From contig JBDOQK010000007.1 in assembly GCA_040437565.1 (NCBI GenBank), positions 620,001 through 684,000 of the forward strand: a stretch of DNA of 64,000 nt, in the 5' to 3' direction. Positions 1 to 13,400 of this stretch are shown piece by piece; the stretch's first letter is position 1, and the number at the start of each line of letters is the position of its first letter. The translations under genes and the position numbers were made by a program. The DNA comes from Albugo candida (lineage: Eukaryota). Under the pieces are notes generated by a model that ran no database searches, was not told the DNA's origin, and worked only from the letters and a program-made list of their open reading frames with translations.

Positions 1-1434
1 GGGCATCAAATGCCATTGATTTGGATCGCTCCATAAAGTATCTGATACTGTGTTGGCTTCTGCTCTCGCTTTCAAGTGCTGTGCCTCATCTCGCTCTCGA
101 TCCCTACATCGTTTCATTTGCTCGAGTTGCCTAAGCGGAGTGACCGCGTCAACTTCTCCTCCCATGATGTCAAGCTTTTGTTGGGTGAAGGCTTCCAACC
201 AACTTCTAACATCTTGTTTCGATTGATTGATGAGAGGATTACTTGCTTCCTCTTGGGGATTACAAATTGGAGAAGATGGAGTACAAATTTCTGCAAAAGA
301 ATGATCCTCAGGCTCAATCAAAGCAGTATGATCAAAATCTGCGGTAGTTTTTTCGTATGAAGAAGACTTAATGCATTTCTCTCCAAAAGCGTTTGTAGTC
401 GACGAAGACACGGCAAGAGAGTCAATGATGTCTTTTGCAAAAGAATCTTGTAGGGTGTTATTGATAGCGTTTAGATGAAGGTACGTCTTACAATTCGCAG
501 TAAGAACCAATAAAATCTGCTTTGCCACGCTCGAATTGATTGTATCGAGACTTGGTGCATTATCGCTTCTAACTTTCTCGTCTGCTTGAGGTTTGTAGCA
601 TTCAATCACTTTTCGTACTTCATCCAAGTCAGTAAAATCTGACCTGCCTTTCACAGATACAGGAAGTCTTTGAAAGTTCGCAACATTTATAATGCTCAAA
701 GTTGTGCTCTTCATTTCCGACTGAATGGATATGGTACAAAAGTAGTGCGTGAGGACTTCGCCGTCGGCCGTAATTCTTTTTTCTTGTGCGACGACGCGCT
801 TCAATTTTGCTTCTTGTAGCGTTGACAAGATGTCAGCGTTTTTAATTGTCACCCTCGTTACATTACAAGCCGATAATACTTCTGCTGTGCTTTCTCGCGG
901 GTGAACTTTCGAGTTGGGTCGTAAAAGATCAATAATGGTATCATTTGCGAGCATCCAAAAGCAAAGACTGATAGTCGGACTTGTTTCTAGTGATAAATCG
1001 TACTGCCGAAGCAAGTGTAAAAGCACCAAACCCACTTGTCCGTGATCTTCCATTGCTTGTTCAAATGCTGGGGACGCAGTAAATGTAGCTTTTACGCTCA
1101 ATTCGGGCTCGTATTTTGCGTCCACATTCAAGCAATCTCTCCCAAAAACAGTACGAAATTGATGTGAAGAATCGAGTCCTACCGATAAAATGCAGCTATT
1201 TCGTCCATTCGATACGTCTTTGATGGCATTTAACGCTACGTGATCATAAAATTCCATGTGGTAGGAAGCGTCTCCCGTCATAACTTTATCCCATTTCCAT
1301 TTGGTTATTGCATCTTTTTCCTCGAGTTGTACATACTCTCCGAAGATAAGAGACTTTTTACAAGGATTCAAAGCAATTGAGCGAATGAATTCAACAGTGT
1401 CAGTGGATTTTGCTTCGTACGCGATAGAATCCAT
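1..1434 (-). CDS. Divergent kinesin motor-domain-like protein with degenerate catalytic motifs (3'-partial, runs off window)
   Basis: Manually translated open frame of 478 codons from ATG at 1434 to base 1 with no stop (absent from ORF track). Kinesin-like blocks appear in the right order: WKWDKVM, FYDHVALNAIKDVSNGRNSCILSVGLDSSHQFRTVFG, SLCFWMLANDTIIDLL, THYFCTISIQ, TLSIINVANFQR, SSVAKQILLVLTANCKTYLHLN. Confidence 0.7.
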   Translation of the reverse strand, partial: MDSIAYEAKSTDTVEFIRSIALNPCKKSLIFGEYVQLEEKDAITKWKWDKVMTGDASYHMEFYDHVALNAIKDVSNGRNSCILSVGLDSSHQFRTVFGRDCLNVDAKYEPELSVKATFTASPAFEQAMEDHGQVGLVLLHLLRQYDLSLETSPTISLCFWMLANDTIIDLLRPNSKVHPRESTAEVLSACNVTRVTIKNADILSTLQEAKLKRVVAQEKRITADGEVLTHYFCTISIQSEMKSTTLSIINVANFQRLPVSVKGRSDFTDLDEVRKVIECYKPQADEKVRSDNAPSLDTINSSVAKQILLVLTANCKTYLHLNAINNTLQDSFAKDIIDSLAVSSSTTNAFGEKCIKSSSYEKTTADFDHTALIEPEDHSFAEICTPSSPICNPQEEASNPLINQSKQDVRSWLEAFTQQKLDIMGGEVDAVTPLRQLEQMKRCRDRERDEAQHLKARAEANTVSDTLWSDPNQWHLMP

Positions 1435-1601
1435 TTCGCCCAAAATACGACACAAAAAGGCATATATTTATAACCTCTCTCAAAATTGCTACAGCATCAC
1501 TGAGCGCGCTATCTGTATAAGATACTTGCACTTCTAGTTACGTCACTTTGCCAAACGCCGTGACTTGGCATCGGTTATCGTCAAGCAATTTAAGCATTAA
1601 T

Positions 1602-4600
1602 TCATTGCAAGCACTCTTCAATCATATCGACCATCAATGCATCAGTAAGACGTTTTGTAAGACCCCGCTCTTCGATTGAGTACTGAGATCCCAAAAGTGA
1701 TAGCGATCGTTTCTTGAGAAAATTGGATTTTTGTAGAAAGTTTACGTCTCCATACTGCTGCGATTCGTCTGAATCGATGTTGGGCAATCCTTGTTGGCTG
1801 AGCCAGTACAAAAGAAAATCCGATATGTTTGGTATATGCTTTGCTTGAGACCATATTGCCTCATATTGCTCGCAAGGATCGAGATTGGTAAGCGCTTCAT
1901 CGAGCAAGAACCTCTGAGTCGACACGTATTCAGCATTTTCAGCCACTCTAATCCAATCTCCCTCCTTCATTCCATGACTCACAAGCTCCTTAATCGCGCT
2001 ATGTGCGACGTCTTTTGCCGCATACTCTTGTAAACCCGTGTCACAATCCTACAAATTGACTATGAGCTCAAGAGTAATGATCATAAAAGACGCGAAACGA
2101 ACCTGAATAGAGCCACAATGGATGTTTGCAAGAAATTGTTTACCAAAACGTTTTATTATCATCGGGCTCCAATCATTGCTGAATGCACGGAGGGAAAGTA
2201 TTCTGCCAGTTGAATGATCTTCTGGAATAGCTACAGTATCGATTATTGGCCGCGCATGCATCCTTTCGATCAGCAGGTGATCTGTGATTGCTTCTGTAAT
2301 CAGTATTGTCGAAATACGTGTCGTTAACACTGAAGCTTTGGTACATCTGTATTTGGCTATCCAGTTACGCAAAAGTCGATGGATCAAGTCACTGATTCGT
2401 TCTCTACTTCTTAATGTCAATTCGACTTGTACGAATTCTGTGAGAAGAGAACAGATTGGTGAGCAAGTTTGACATCGTCTAAGGTACAGGTCGATACCTG
2501 ACAACGTTTCCTGCTGTAATTCCGCAAAGAGGTGAGCTGAAATTCTCTGTGCTCGGTCTTCTTTTCTCAATACTGATTCTTCTTGCTCTAATGTGACGTT
2601 GGTTATTGGATTCTCTGAAAGGTGCTCTAGAGCGGTATCTTTTTGGTCAATTAGAGTTGTGTCATCAGTTATTGAGAGGATGCTCGCTTCCACCGGTTCC
2701 ACATCTTCGACGTGATCGAAACTCCCCAAGTGATCGATTGGAGTAGGTACTTCTGTGATCCGTAATGACTCTGATACGACAGATACTGGCACATGGAATT
2801 TTAATGACGCAACGGGATGATCTTGGTCGCAAATAGTATCACCAGCGATTGTCGGATACGTACTGCTGGTTTGTGTGGACTGCTCGAGACGCGAAGCTTC
2901 GGTATTAGGCGGTACAGCGCTCTCCACAAAATCGAACTCTATCAAACGATCTAGACTGAAAGTAGACGTACGCTGAATTCCGACATCATTGCATGGTTGA
3001 GTTGGAGAAATTGCCTCTTCCACGTGGACGTAGCCCCGTAACAAATCGTTAAGACAGTTTGCTTTTGCCATCCATTTCCCTTCAAATTTTCGCTTTCTAC
3101 GCTCAAAATCCACTCGACTGTGGGCATTTTGTTGGCGTAAGGCGTCGAGTATCGTTGTGTCGAATTCTAATTGTTCTTCCATCCGTCCCAGAAGCTGTAA
3201 AAGCTTATCTTCTTCTACTCCAAGACTTTCTTTCTCATGTTCACGTGCTATTTTATTGTGAACCCGTCGTACCAATTTTTCTTTCTCATGAAGAAGATTA
3301 TTCAAAGATTTAATTCGCTCTGCTTGCGCCTGAAGACTGTCTTCCGAAACGTTTTCTGGTTCCTGTGACGATTGTAATTCCTGAACCACAGAGTACGATT
3401 CATTAAATGCTACTTGACAGGCGACAAACTGATCTGAAATCTGAGCTGTCTGACTGCTTATCACTTGTGCCATACAATCGAGATCTTCCTTTGGAGCTTC
3501 TTCATCGTCTTTCAATAACAAAGGTGATGAGGGATCCTGTCGCTTCTCTGATTCGGATGCACTCACTTCTTCAAATGACGTCTCATATCCTTCGTCACCT
3601 TTAAATTCCTTGAGATCATTCGATTCTTTGTCAAACCGTACGTTGGGCACATTTCTAATTGTAGTAAGCGATTCTGGAATTGCTTCAGCTTGATCTAGTA
3701 TTTTCACTTCACTTATTTCGGATTTGGAATCGATGGAACTTTGCGTATACATTTCCGTCTGCTTACGTTCTGACGGTATTTCCTCTGGACGATCAGAGGT
3801 ACTGGACTGCTCGAAAGAGGATTCATAAATGGATGTTTCCATACTTTTATCAGCCACATCTTCATCTGAAGGCTCAGCAATATCTTCAGAGGCTTCCGAA
3901 GCGGCCGAGTCTATAGCTAATGATGGAACAGACACGGATGTCACAACGATTTGGACTTCCTCAATGCTCCTATTCGTACTATGCGAATCTGTAGCTTGTA
4001 TTGCCTCTGTAGCTCCTTCGTCTAATTCACTTGGCGCCTCTGACTGTGGCCCATCTTCCCCTGTCTCCTCGAACGAATCATCTTCGTATATTTCTTCACT
4101 TTTCTCAGAGACTTGTGATATGTCAGATCTCTTTTCATGGTTATCCGAGCCAGTGACACTTCTTTCGCTGGTGACGAGTTTTGTGCTACGGATAAGACGT
4201 TCATAGCCTTCCTTCAGGCCAGTCACTCGTTCATCAAACTGAATGTCAGATTCCTTCTCTCGAGCTTTCGAGTAAACATCGACCTCTAAGACTTTCTTTG
4301 CCAATTCGTCTGTTTCTTGATACGCATATTCCTTGTGTAAACGATCTCTCTCATGAATTAGCATTTCCTTCTTCAGTTCGATCAGCTGCTCAACTCTTTG
4401 AAGTTTCTGCTCAATCTTGTTATCACTGATACGTTTATTTGGTTGAGAGTACTCCATTTTCAGACTTTGAAGGTGTTCAAATTGCTCCTCTAATTGTTTG
4501 GTTGTATTCGAATCTTCTGTAGGAACCTCTTCCAGCACTATGAGAGATTTCGCATCTGATGTCGCAACATTTTCACTTTGAATAGATGACACAAAGTCGT

Positions 4601-7600
4601 CGTCATCGTAGACTTGAGAATCATTCGCAGCTGTTTGTATGGAAGGCACTTCTACCGATTGAATTGATTTTTCTTCGGCACTGATTTCACTTGCTATGGA
4701 ACTCTCTGATTTCTTACTAGGCTCCGATTGATAGTCGGCTACTGAGCGTTCGGCCTCATCCGAGACCTCATCGAATGATCCATAATCTTCATTACTGCTC
4801 GCATCCTGATCGAGCATCTCTTCTTTCTCTGAAGAAATAGGCTCTTTCCGTTGTCGTCGATCGATTCGCTCCACAGGTTGGACTCCAATACGAGCGTCAT
4901 CTTTTGCAGTTCCACCACGTGCGCCACGATGCAGACTCTGCTGAAAATGAAGGATATCCTGGTAATATTCAGCCTTGCATGCTGCTATAGATGCGCTGCA
5001 TTTTGCCTTTGCTGCACGTAATTGCATCCGAACATTCTTCTGTCGACTTACTGCTTTACAATTTTGTGAAATTCCCTGTTGCTCTTCCTCATACTTTGCT
5101 CCTTCCGCTTGATAGAACATTTCTATCGCAGTAATCTCTCGCTGGAGTCCTTCTTTGACAGTCAATAGATATTTTTGTAATAGAGCTTGTTCCTCAGCAT
5201 TCAGACTGGTCGTCATCTGATCTGGGACATCGAAATCATCCATGCTTGAAGCTTGCACTTGATTCTCATCGACATCAATATTATCTTGAATCGATACACT
5301 TGTTACCGAAGTAATTGACTCTGGGTAACTTTGCACTGAGTCTTCTTTCACTGATGCTTCTAATTCCTTGCTTCCATCTCCAATATCCTCGTCATCTTTG
5401 ATTGACCCACCGCTCATAGATGATTTTATCGTAGCTGTAACGTCAAAGTCGTCGACATAATCGGATGCTGACTCGATAGATGCATTAAGGATCACCTTCT
5501 TGTCTTCAATGTTCTTTTCAGATACCGAACGAGCTTCTGAGTCGAATGTCTCGTCAGTCTTTGGAGGTTCACTCTCAAAAGTATTCGAGCCGGACGAACT
5601 TCCATTTCGATCATATTGAGTCGATTCGATCTCACGGGAAGAAGTGGAGTGAGTATCCGATGGAATTTCAGTCTCACGACTTTGACTTTGACTATCGGAA
5701 GATGACAAATACTGATCGTCGATTTCTGCGTCGGAATGCACATTTTCCAGCACCGTCGAAGTGTTTTGTGTCGCTTTAGACTCCCTTGTATCGTCCAGAT
5801 GCTCGAAACTTTCAGAATCGTACTCTTCCAATTCAGTGGCTATACTCTTAGAGACCGGTGGAATCGTATTGGAGTCGGTGCTTCCAGTCAGGCTTTCTAT
5901 CTGCGAGTCTTCTTCGGTCAACTGCGGATTTTGCCGCACCAAATCGACAGTTTGAGCTTCTCTTTCTCGAAAACGTTCTCTTTTCAGCTCTTCTTGCAGC
6001 CTTTTGGCCTCCTGTTCGAACTGAGCGCTTTTTTCATTGTTCTTCATTTCCAACTTTTCAATAGCATCCTGTAACTGTTCCTCTGAACGTTTCTCCGCGA
6101 TACTCTGTTCAAGTTGCACGCGTTGTTGCATATAATTCTCATCAACCTCATTTTTGAGAGCGAGAGCATAGGAGACGGTATCTCTTTGAGCTTGTTCCAG
6201 CTCTCGTGTTTTTTCGAGAAGACAAACTTTCAATTGGGCCTCATGAATATGATCACGAAACTCTACAGCTGCAAGTAAATGTTTGGACAAAGTATCAGGA
6301 GAAAAGAGCGCTGGAGACGAGTGATGGAAATCTTTGAGCTGATCCACTTTATAAGATCGTTGTTGCATTGTTTTTTGCATATCAAGCTCCGAAACGTCCA
6401 AATGTACGATACGATCACTTTTCTTCATTGCATCTTCACTCGAAGAGTTTTCTATGATACAGGTTGTAGCTTCTACCGATCGAACATCGTCAAACTTCGT
6501 CTCGAGCAAGGGTCCAGTAGATGGCTCTATTTTGACAATCGCAGTCTCCGTAATCTTGAGATCTTCATTGTGCTTTGTAGCTTTCAGATTCTCCAGTTCG
6601 TTTGTCGAGAAACCTTGGACAGCTTCATCCGCGAGCGTCGCAGCACCGGCTTCGATTCCAATCGTTTCTGCGGTATCTCTTGGATCCTCAAACGAATGTT
6701 CGCGCTTGTGCTCGGTAACTCGTGTTTGCTGCTGCAAGTCGTACAGTTCTCTTGCGTAGTAATCAAAAACACTGAGCGAGTCATTTTCTTGCTTGAGTAA
6801 ATGCTCAAGCGGATCATCAGCCTCATTTTTTAGACTGAATTTGAATCCATTTTGAAGTTTCAACGAGTCAACCGAGTGAGCTGAAAATTGTAGAAGGGTG
6901 TTCGTCGACATTTTTAAATCAGTTGACAGAGATAATTCACTGACGCTTTCACTCGCATCCTTTGCACTGTGCGGTGAGGAATAGGATTGGTTTGAGGCAA
7001 GGAGGGAGGTTCGAATTGTAAAAGCGCCATTGAGATCGACTAATGTCACAGAATCTTCAACTTTATTGACTGGCTTTTCGATTACATCCTGTGAACTCTC
7101 GGCACATCTCTGCCTTACTGGTGACACTATTAGTGGATGCTCTGTGATCCGATCATCTTGACCTGAAGAATGACTGGAATCACCGTCGAACGCCTTCTTA
7201 CTCATCGGTCCGGCACTGCATTGATTCCCTACTTTTTCAGGTGAGTTTCCAGTCTCGTTGCATGATACATTTCGTCGATTACCAGAAGCTCTTAGTTGGT
7301 CCAATTGTGCTGATAGTAGCGAAGCTCGTTCTTGTAATTCCTTCAGCTTGTCGACTCGATGGCGAGAGACTTCATTTTGCTTGCTTTCAGTCTCTAAATG
7401 GTTAGCTCCATGGTTCTCTCCTGACAGCACTTTTTCATCTATCATAAGTGTGGAAGCGAAGTCTAGCTCAGAATGCACTAAACAATCAGACGTTGGCGCT
7501 ACTTCCTCTTTGCACGTATCCATGACATACAATGGATGTTCATTCAGTTTGTACTTCTTTGATCGCTGTAATTGGATCAGCCGAACCTTTTCTAACTGTT

Positions 7601-8542
7601 CCAATTTCGCCTGCAATCGCTGTTTCGCTTCGATTTGACTTTGTCTCTCTTTCGCAATATTTTCCTGTCGGCGTTTTCTTTGCAATTTCATGGCTTCACG
7701 TGCGCGTTGTCGTCTCTTTAGGGTTTCTTCTGACGGTTTTTGACGGCTTCGATCGACTTCGCTCTCTCTCGGTACATTTGGCTTTCTCTTCTTTCTCACT
7801 TGTCGATTTTTGGCCTTGTTTTGCTCCTTGTGTCTTTCTATTATCCCCTCCTTCAAACCCAGTATGTCAGAGGTCTTTTGTGTGCACTCGGTAGCACTTT
7901 GCGATTTCATTCCATCGTCGGATTTCTGTCTGACAGATTGCTCTTCCTCTCTCTTACGTCGTATTTTGAATCGCGGGACCATCGGCTTTCTTTCCCGTGT
8001 CAAATCGATAGTTTCTTTCTTTTTATTCACAACTTCTTTTTTATCGCTTGTAGGGATCATTCGCCGGGAATATAAAACCCGATTGCGTTCTCGAATCTTT
8101 TGGTCAAGATACTTGAGCTCTATCTTCTTTTTCCTTTCTTCTGCTTCATGACGCAGTCTTTCATTCAGACTATTTGTGATTACCAATTTAGCAGTACGAA
8201 GTCTCATAAGCTCCTTCTCCTTTTGCTGTTTGTAGTCAGTTTTCTGTGTGTGATTCGGTTTCTGATCAGTGATTTTCATTTGATTTGCATTCGGAGTATA
8301 TTTATTTCGACACTTTTTCTCATCTCTCAATGCTTTTCTGCTTTTTTCAGTGCTGCGAAAGCAATTGCACCTTATTATTGCGAGCAGTCTACAGGATATT
8401 ACGAAACGTACCTTCTTAAACCTGCTGTATCGATTGATTGAGAGCCTTCTGAATAGTGCCACAATGGGTTACACCTCTTTACATGTTTGTGATGATGTGC
8501 GTGAAGAGAGATTTCCATTTCATTGCATCGATTTTCGATCAT
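1602..8542 (-). CDS. Large acidic coiled-coil protein, CEP350-like centrosomal protein (multi-exon)
   Basis: 6.4 kb ORF 2049..8462 plus predicted first exon 8412..8542 (GT-AG intron 8353..8411 is frame-compatible), intron about 2049..2102 and terminal exon(s) to stop at 1602. FSPDTLSKHLLAAVEFRDHIHEAQLKVCLLEKTRELEQAQRDTVSYA resembles, from memory, the conserved FSP..L...AEL...E..R...AQQE.VSLA block of CEP350; C-terminal EERGLTKRLTDALMVDMIEECL resembles a DUF4378-type helix. Gene is secure, identity is tentative. Confidence 0.6.
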
Positions 8543-8664
8543 TGGACCCTTGCGAGCTCCAATCTCGCAAACGATCTATTCGGTCGCTTAAGCATTTGTA
8601 TCAGAGAGCCATTGTACTGTGTCTTTCTATTATGTACGATATCGATATCACATATTTGTAAAGT

Positions 8665-10222
8665 ATGTCGTTGGCATTTTTGGCCAAAAAGAGCTGGCAC
8701 ACTGCGAATTTGAGAGTAAGATATCGATGGAAACCTGCGCTTGGAGACAGATAATGAAATAGTGTACTTTGTAGAATGTGGAGAAAGTATGGATTGCTGA
8801 ACAGAAACACGCAGCGGAAGGGAAAAAGCTGGATGAATTACGTAAGAATATCGAGGAAGAACGCCAATTACAGGAGCTCAGAGAGCTCCAGGCTGCTCAC
8901 GGAGACAAAAAGGCTGCAATTGAGCGAGTTGAGTGGATGTATGAAGCGCCTATGGTGCAACAAGAGAAAAGTACTGAAGAATATTTACTTGGGAAAAAGC
9001 TCAAAAGTGAAGCATCTGGACAGCAGCTTTCAGAAAAATACGGCTCGTTAGGCAATAACAATGCTACCAATGCAGCTTACGAGAACTTCTCTCGATTGAA
9101 TGAAGATCCGATGTTGCAGATAAAGTTCGTAGTAACGTGCTGACTTTGATAAGGAGTCTTACGCTTTTCTGTTTGGTAGAAGACAACAGAAAGAGATGCA
9201 TGAAAGTATTCTGAAAAATCCAATCAAAATGAAAAGAATTAAAGAAAAAGTCGAAAATATGTTGAAAGATTGTAAACAGCGCAAAGAGAAGAAGAAGAAA
9301 AATGTCAAATCGAAATCCAAACGGAAGAGAAGAAGTCATCCGTCAGACTCCGAGTCGAAGGAAGAGAGACCCGAAGTCGTTGATAAGCGTCAGAGATCTA
9401 CAATAATGGATAAAAAGAGGCGACGAAGCGGGTACAGAAGATCGGCGGAAGCCTACAGAACCAGTAGTAATCGACACAAGAAACAAGACCATAGCAAAGT
9501 AACAGGTCGTAACAGGATCAGCTCTTCTCGTAGTCCTATTACCAGATCCCTTGATCACAAAAAGAATCGTTCTCGCAGTCAAAGTGTGGCTCAGGATTAT
9601 TCTCCCGCTCACGAGATCGACGAGTATGGGCGCAGTCGGTGCAGACGCAAACTCTCAACAGAGAAAAGTGAAACTCAAAGAAAAGACTCCAGATCGAGAG
9701 ATAGAAAGGATCGTCATCGCTCACGAAAGGCCAGTACAAGATATGGCCTTACGGATCATTCCAATGCAGTGCGATGTGAAGATATTGATCGAGGATCATT
9801 AGGACCCAATGCCAAGTTTCTCGCTAAAGCGCGAGCAATGAAAGAAAAAGAAGAAGATTTACGAACTGAAAAGCTGTCTAAATCGGTAAAGAAGTCAACG
9901 TTCACCGCGATGGATAAGACCCGAAACGCTCTGGAAATGATACAAAATGCACAAGAAATCGAAGCGTATCGGAAAAAACGTGCTCTCAAGGCTGAGGACG
10001 AAATAGAGCACAAGGAAAACAACTGCAAAAGCGATCGACATTTCCTAAAGTCAGTATTCTGCTCTCTTCCATCCATGCACCTGAATCTCATTTTTGCTGA
10101 TCAGAACAATTCAGGAAACCGCATACATCAAAACCAGTAGCACTATTGGTGAACGAATCCGCCGAAATGTCCATTACATACAGCGGGACGACACCGAAGG
10201 CTTTTTGGAAAAGAAGCAATAA
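8665..10222 (+). CDS. CWC25: Pre-mRNA splicing factor CWC25 (4 exons)
   Basis: Exons 8665..8715, 8775..9124, 9180..10049, 10105..10222 joined by GT-AG introns give MSLAFLAKKSWHTANLRNVEKVWIAEQK...ERVEWMY...EEYLLGK...EDPMLQIK, a basic RS-rich middle and a C-terminal IGERIRRNVHYIQR. Confidence 0.93.
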
Positions 10223-10491
10223 AGTGCGTGCAAACAGCTGTCGCAGCGATTCGCCACCTCACCTCCTTCGAAATTGGTTGATGAAAAGCTTTTGGCTGCA
10301 AGTAAAAGCGATCATACAAAAATGTATTTTTTTTTCTGAAAATACATCAGATATCTATCGGTCTGAACGTGGGAATCGGAGCTCCGGTTTGGAAATCAAA
10401 ACACATATTCGCTCTTCGTCTTTGTTACAGTCGTCACCTGAGTCTCACCTCGTTCAAGGCCGTGGATTCGATCTTTTGACAATCGCAGTGT

Positions 10492-13400
10492 TCAAAAAAA
10501 TCTTTCGCCAGTCGCATGGACTGTTGCTGGATCATTCTCGCTTGACTCCATATCCTTTGTATCAATCTGATCCTTATTGGCTTCTCGCTCGATGTAGATG
10601 GCTACCAGACGGAATTTGAGAGCATCGGTGTGCTCCGAGACGTACTTTAATATATTCTCATCCCCCTCCATGAGATAATGATATCGGACGATGCAGTTAA
10701 CGGCATTCTTCCGGACTTCAGAGCAGTTGTGACTAAGCATCTATGGACACAAATTATCGGATGATTCTCAAACCAAATCAAAGCAAACGTACCTCCAACA
10801 GCGTCATCAGTAAATCGGATTCCTTTGGTAAAACACATTTATCGCCCGACTGAATACTCGATAAAGCTGTGCGGATGATACGCAGACTTGTGATCAAAGT
10901 GATTTCCGGTTGATTTGGCGAGCAACTCGATAGCAAAATGGCCAATGCTGCATGAGCGTTCTCTTTATCACTTACAATCTTCTGCAGACACGATTCGGCG
11001 ATGTAAGAAATCTAGCAAGCAAATCACATATGTCAGTGGTTGATAACGCCTCATGGAAAAGCTTTCAGCACACTATGTACCAGCTTTTGTCTCTGAGTGG
11101 TGTAATTCATGAGTTGATGCACCAAATCGTGTAGAAACGATTCCAAGTGACTCGGGTACCGCTCGAGCAGTTTGCGTACCACTTTAAGTATGCTGATGTT
11201 GTGCTCTTGATCGTGTGGATAAAGTCTCGCCATCAGATGGGATAGAAGTCGATCCCGGTTGTCTATCCAGAATTCTATAGAGTACGTCTTTATGATCTTG
11301 GTGATCTACTCGAATGAACAGCATGAATGGGAATTCAGCAAAGGCAGCGAGTTTTCCTACCTCATGCAAAACTCGCTTCAGACTTTGTTCATTATTGTAA
11401 TTGGATGCCAGACATTTGAGTTGTCGTTCCAGATTTTCATTCTTTTCGTTGACAGCCAATGTACAGGATACCGATTCCTCCACGATTTCACTGAATGAAG
11501 CTCGATCAGGAGCGGCCGAATCATCGATGGCAATTGCTTCCACGAAGAGGTCGGTACATTGTGTCGACTGAAATGGTTCATCGGGTGCACTCGCCACCTC
11601 TGATGAATTTGCATCCTCTTTTGATTCTTCGGCTGCAATGATTTGCGTCGGTGCGTTGTAATGGACGTCCACCTGTTTGGTTGTTCCAATTCGTATTCCG
11701 CGAGAAGATAACACACGAGTGATTACTTGTCGTTTTCCCGGGGTTAGTGACATAATGGCTTGATCGACTTCGTGAGAGTATGTCTTCTTGGTTGCCACAA
11801 GTAGATCTCCACATGCTTGATTGTAAGAAAGAGGAGCATCTCCGTCCAAAGCTTGTGCGATTTTGTTCAGCAGACTTCGGATGTTTTTTGTATTCTCAGT
11901 GGAATTTGTCTCTTTGAAACACGCTCCGGCTAATGGAAGTACCTTTGTCATATACTGGCAGACAAGAACCTTCATTTTCACATTGCCTCCATCTATGATG
12001 AGTGGTAGCAGATGGCTGACTAGGATAGGTATCTCAATACGTGCTACCAGGAAATCCAACACTTCACGTGCGTGTTTTCGATTGACTTCCTTGGAATCGA
12101 CAGCTTTCTGAAATAAACGTGGAAGCATTACTTTGATATGTTTGAGAATGTGGCTGACAGGCTCATGCGCACGAATAAACACCACAAAGACTTCCAGAGC
12201 GTATTGAGCGACCCTGTAATGCGGATCCGCAAGCTCTTTGACTAAACACGCGAAAACTTTCTCTTCACTCTGTTTGCTGAATTCGGTCTTTCCGCGTTGA
12301 TTCAAAAGAGCTGAGAGACGCTGAAGAGCATCCAGTCGATGAGACCATCCATTGTTTGTAACTCCAGTGAAAAAAGCATTCAGCCGAGCGCGGATACTTT
12401 CATTACCAAGACCTTCAGTGGCGCCGGTATCGCTGTTGTCTTGAGCACCTTGGCCTTTGATAGAACCTTTTTCTCTCGTACTGCTATCCGAAAGTGTGAC
12501 GTCATCAGAATTGGAATGACTTGAAGCGTTCATGATGCACCGCTTTGGACCAGCAGTAGCCTTGGCATACTTTTTATGCGATTTGGATCGAGTGTCTTGC
12601 TTCAATTCTGTTCGATTCGACTTGGATGAAGTCGGAGGTGCATTTTGCAAAATCCTTTCCGGCTTCCAGCTCAATGAGCCTTGTGAAGAAATTGTGTTTG
12701 ATTCTCCATCTCCGTTATTCTTTGTCCCTGCTCCTTGGGTCACACGAAGAGTGGAAGAAAGCGGAATCATCGATGACACCTCTTTAGCTCCATTTTTTGC
12801 ATCAGATTTCTGACAGACAGTACTTTCGACACGCACTGGTCCGGTCCCAAAAGTCGACCGCGAAAGTATAGAATCGCTTTGGAAGTTGGATGTTAGTGAT
12901 GCTCCCAAAACTCGTCGAGGACCGGATAAATTACTGCCGGCTGAATCGATCTTGAGACTCGCTCCATCGTTTTCTAATTTTGGTACAAAATCAATATCGC
13001 TATCATGAGCTCCACTTCGTGAAGCCTGATACTGAAATTTGCTTTCTGCGGTAGACGGAAGCACGACTTTGTCTTGTGAGCGTTTTCCAAGCAAAGGTTC
13101 TTTGCCTAAAAGTGATTCTTTCGTTGAGATTGGGAATTCGATCTGCCGACTGGTATCAGGGCCAAGTTCTGCCGAGTCACGTGCAGCATCATCGTATACG
13201 TTACGTTGTACAGACAAATCCAAGCGCTTCAGACATTCTATCGCTTCCTCCTACTCAAGATCAAAGCGTGAGTCGTCTCCGAACAGCATCGTATTGTAGG
13301 TACCTTGAATAGATGATGGAATCGCCAGTAGCATTTTCTCGCTTGTGCTCGCACTTCAGAATCCGCATCTTGCAATATCATTGGAAATGCTTGCACGTAG

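Noticed and set aside
2284..8441. Numerous 60-170 aa ORFs antisense or out of frame within long genes (here and in CLASP, CAP-D2, PLD)
   Set aside because: Shadow ORFs of real coding sequence, with no recognisable motifs.
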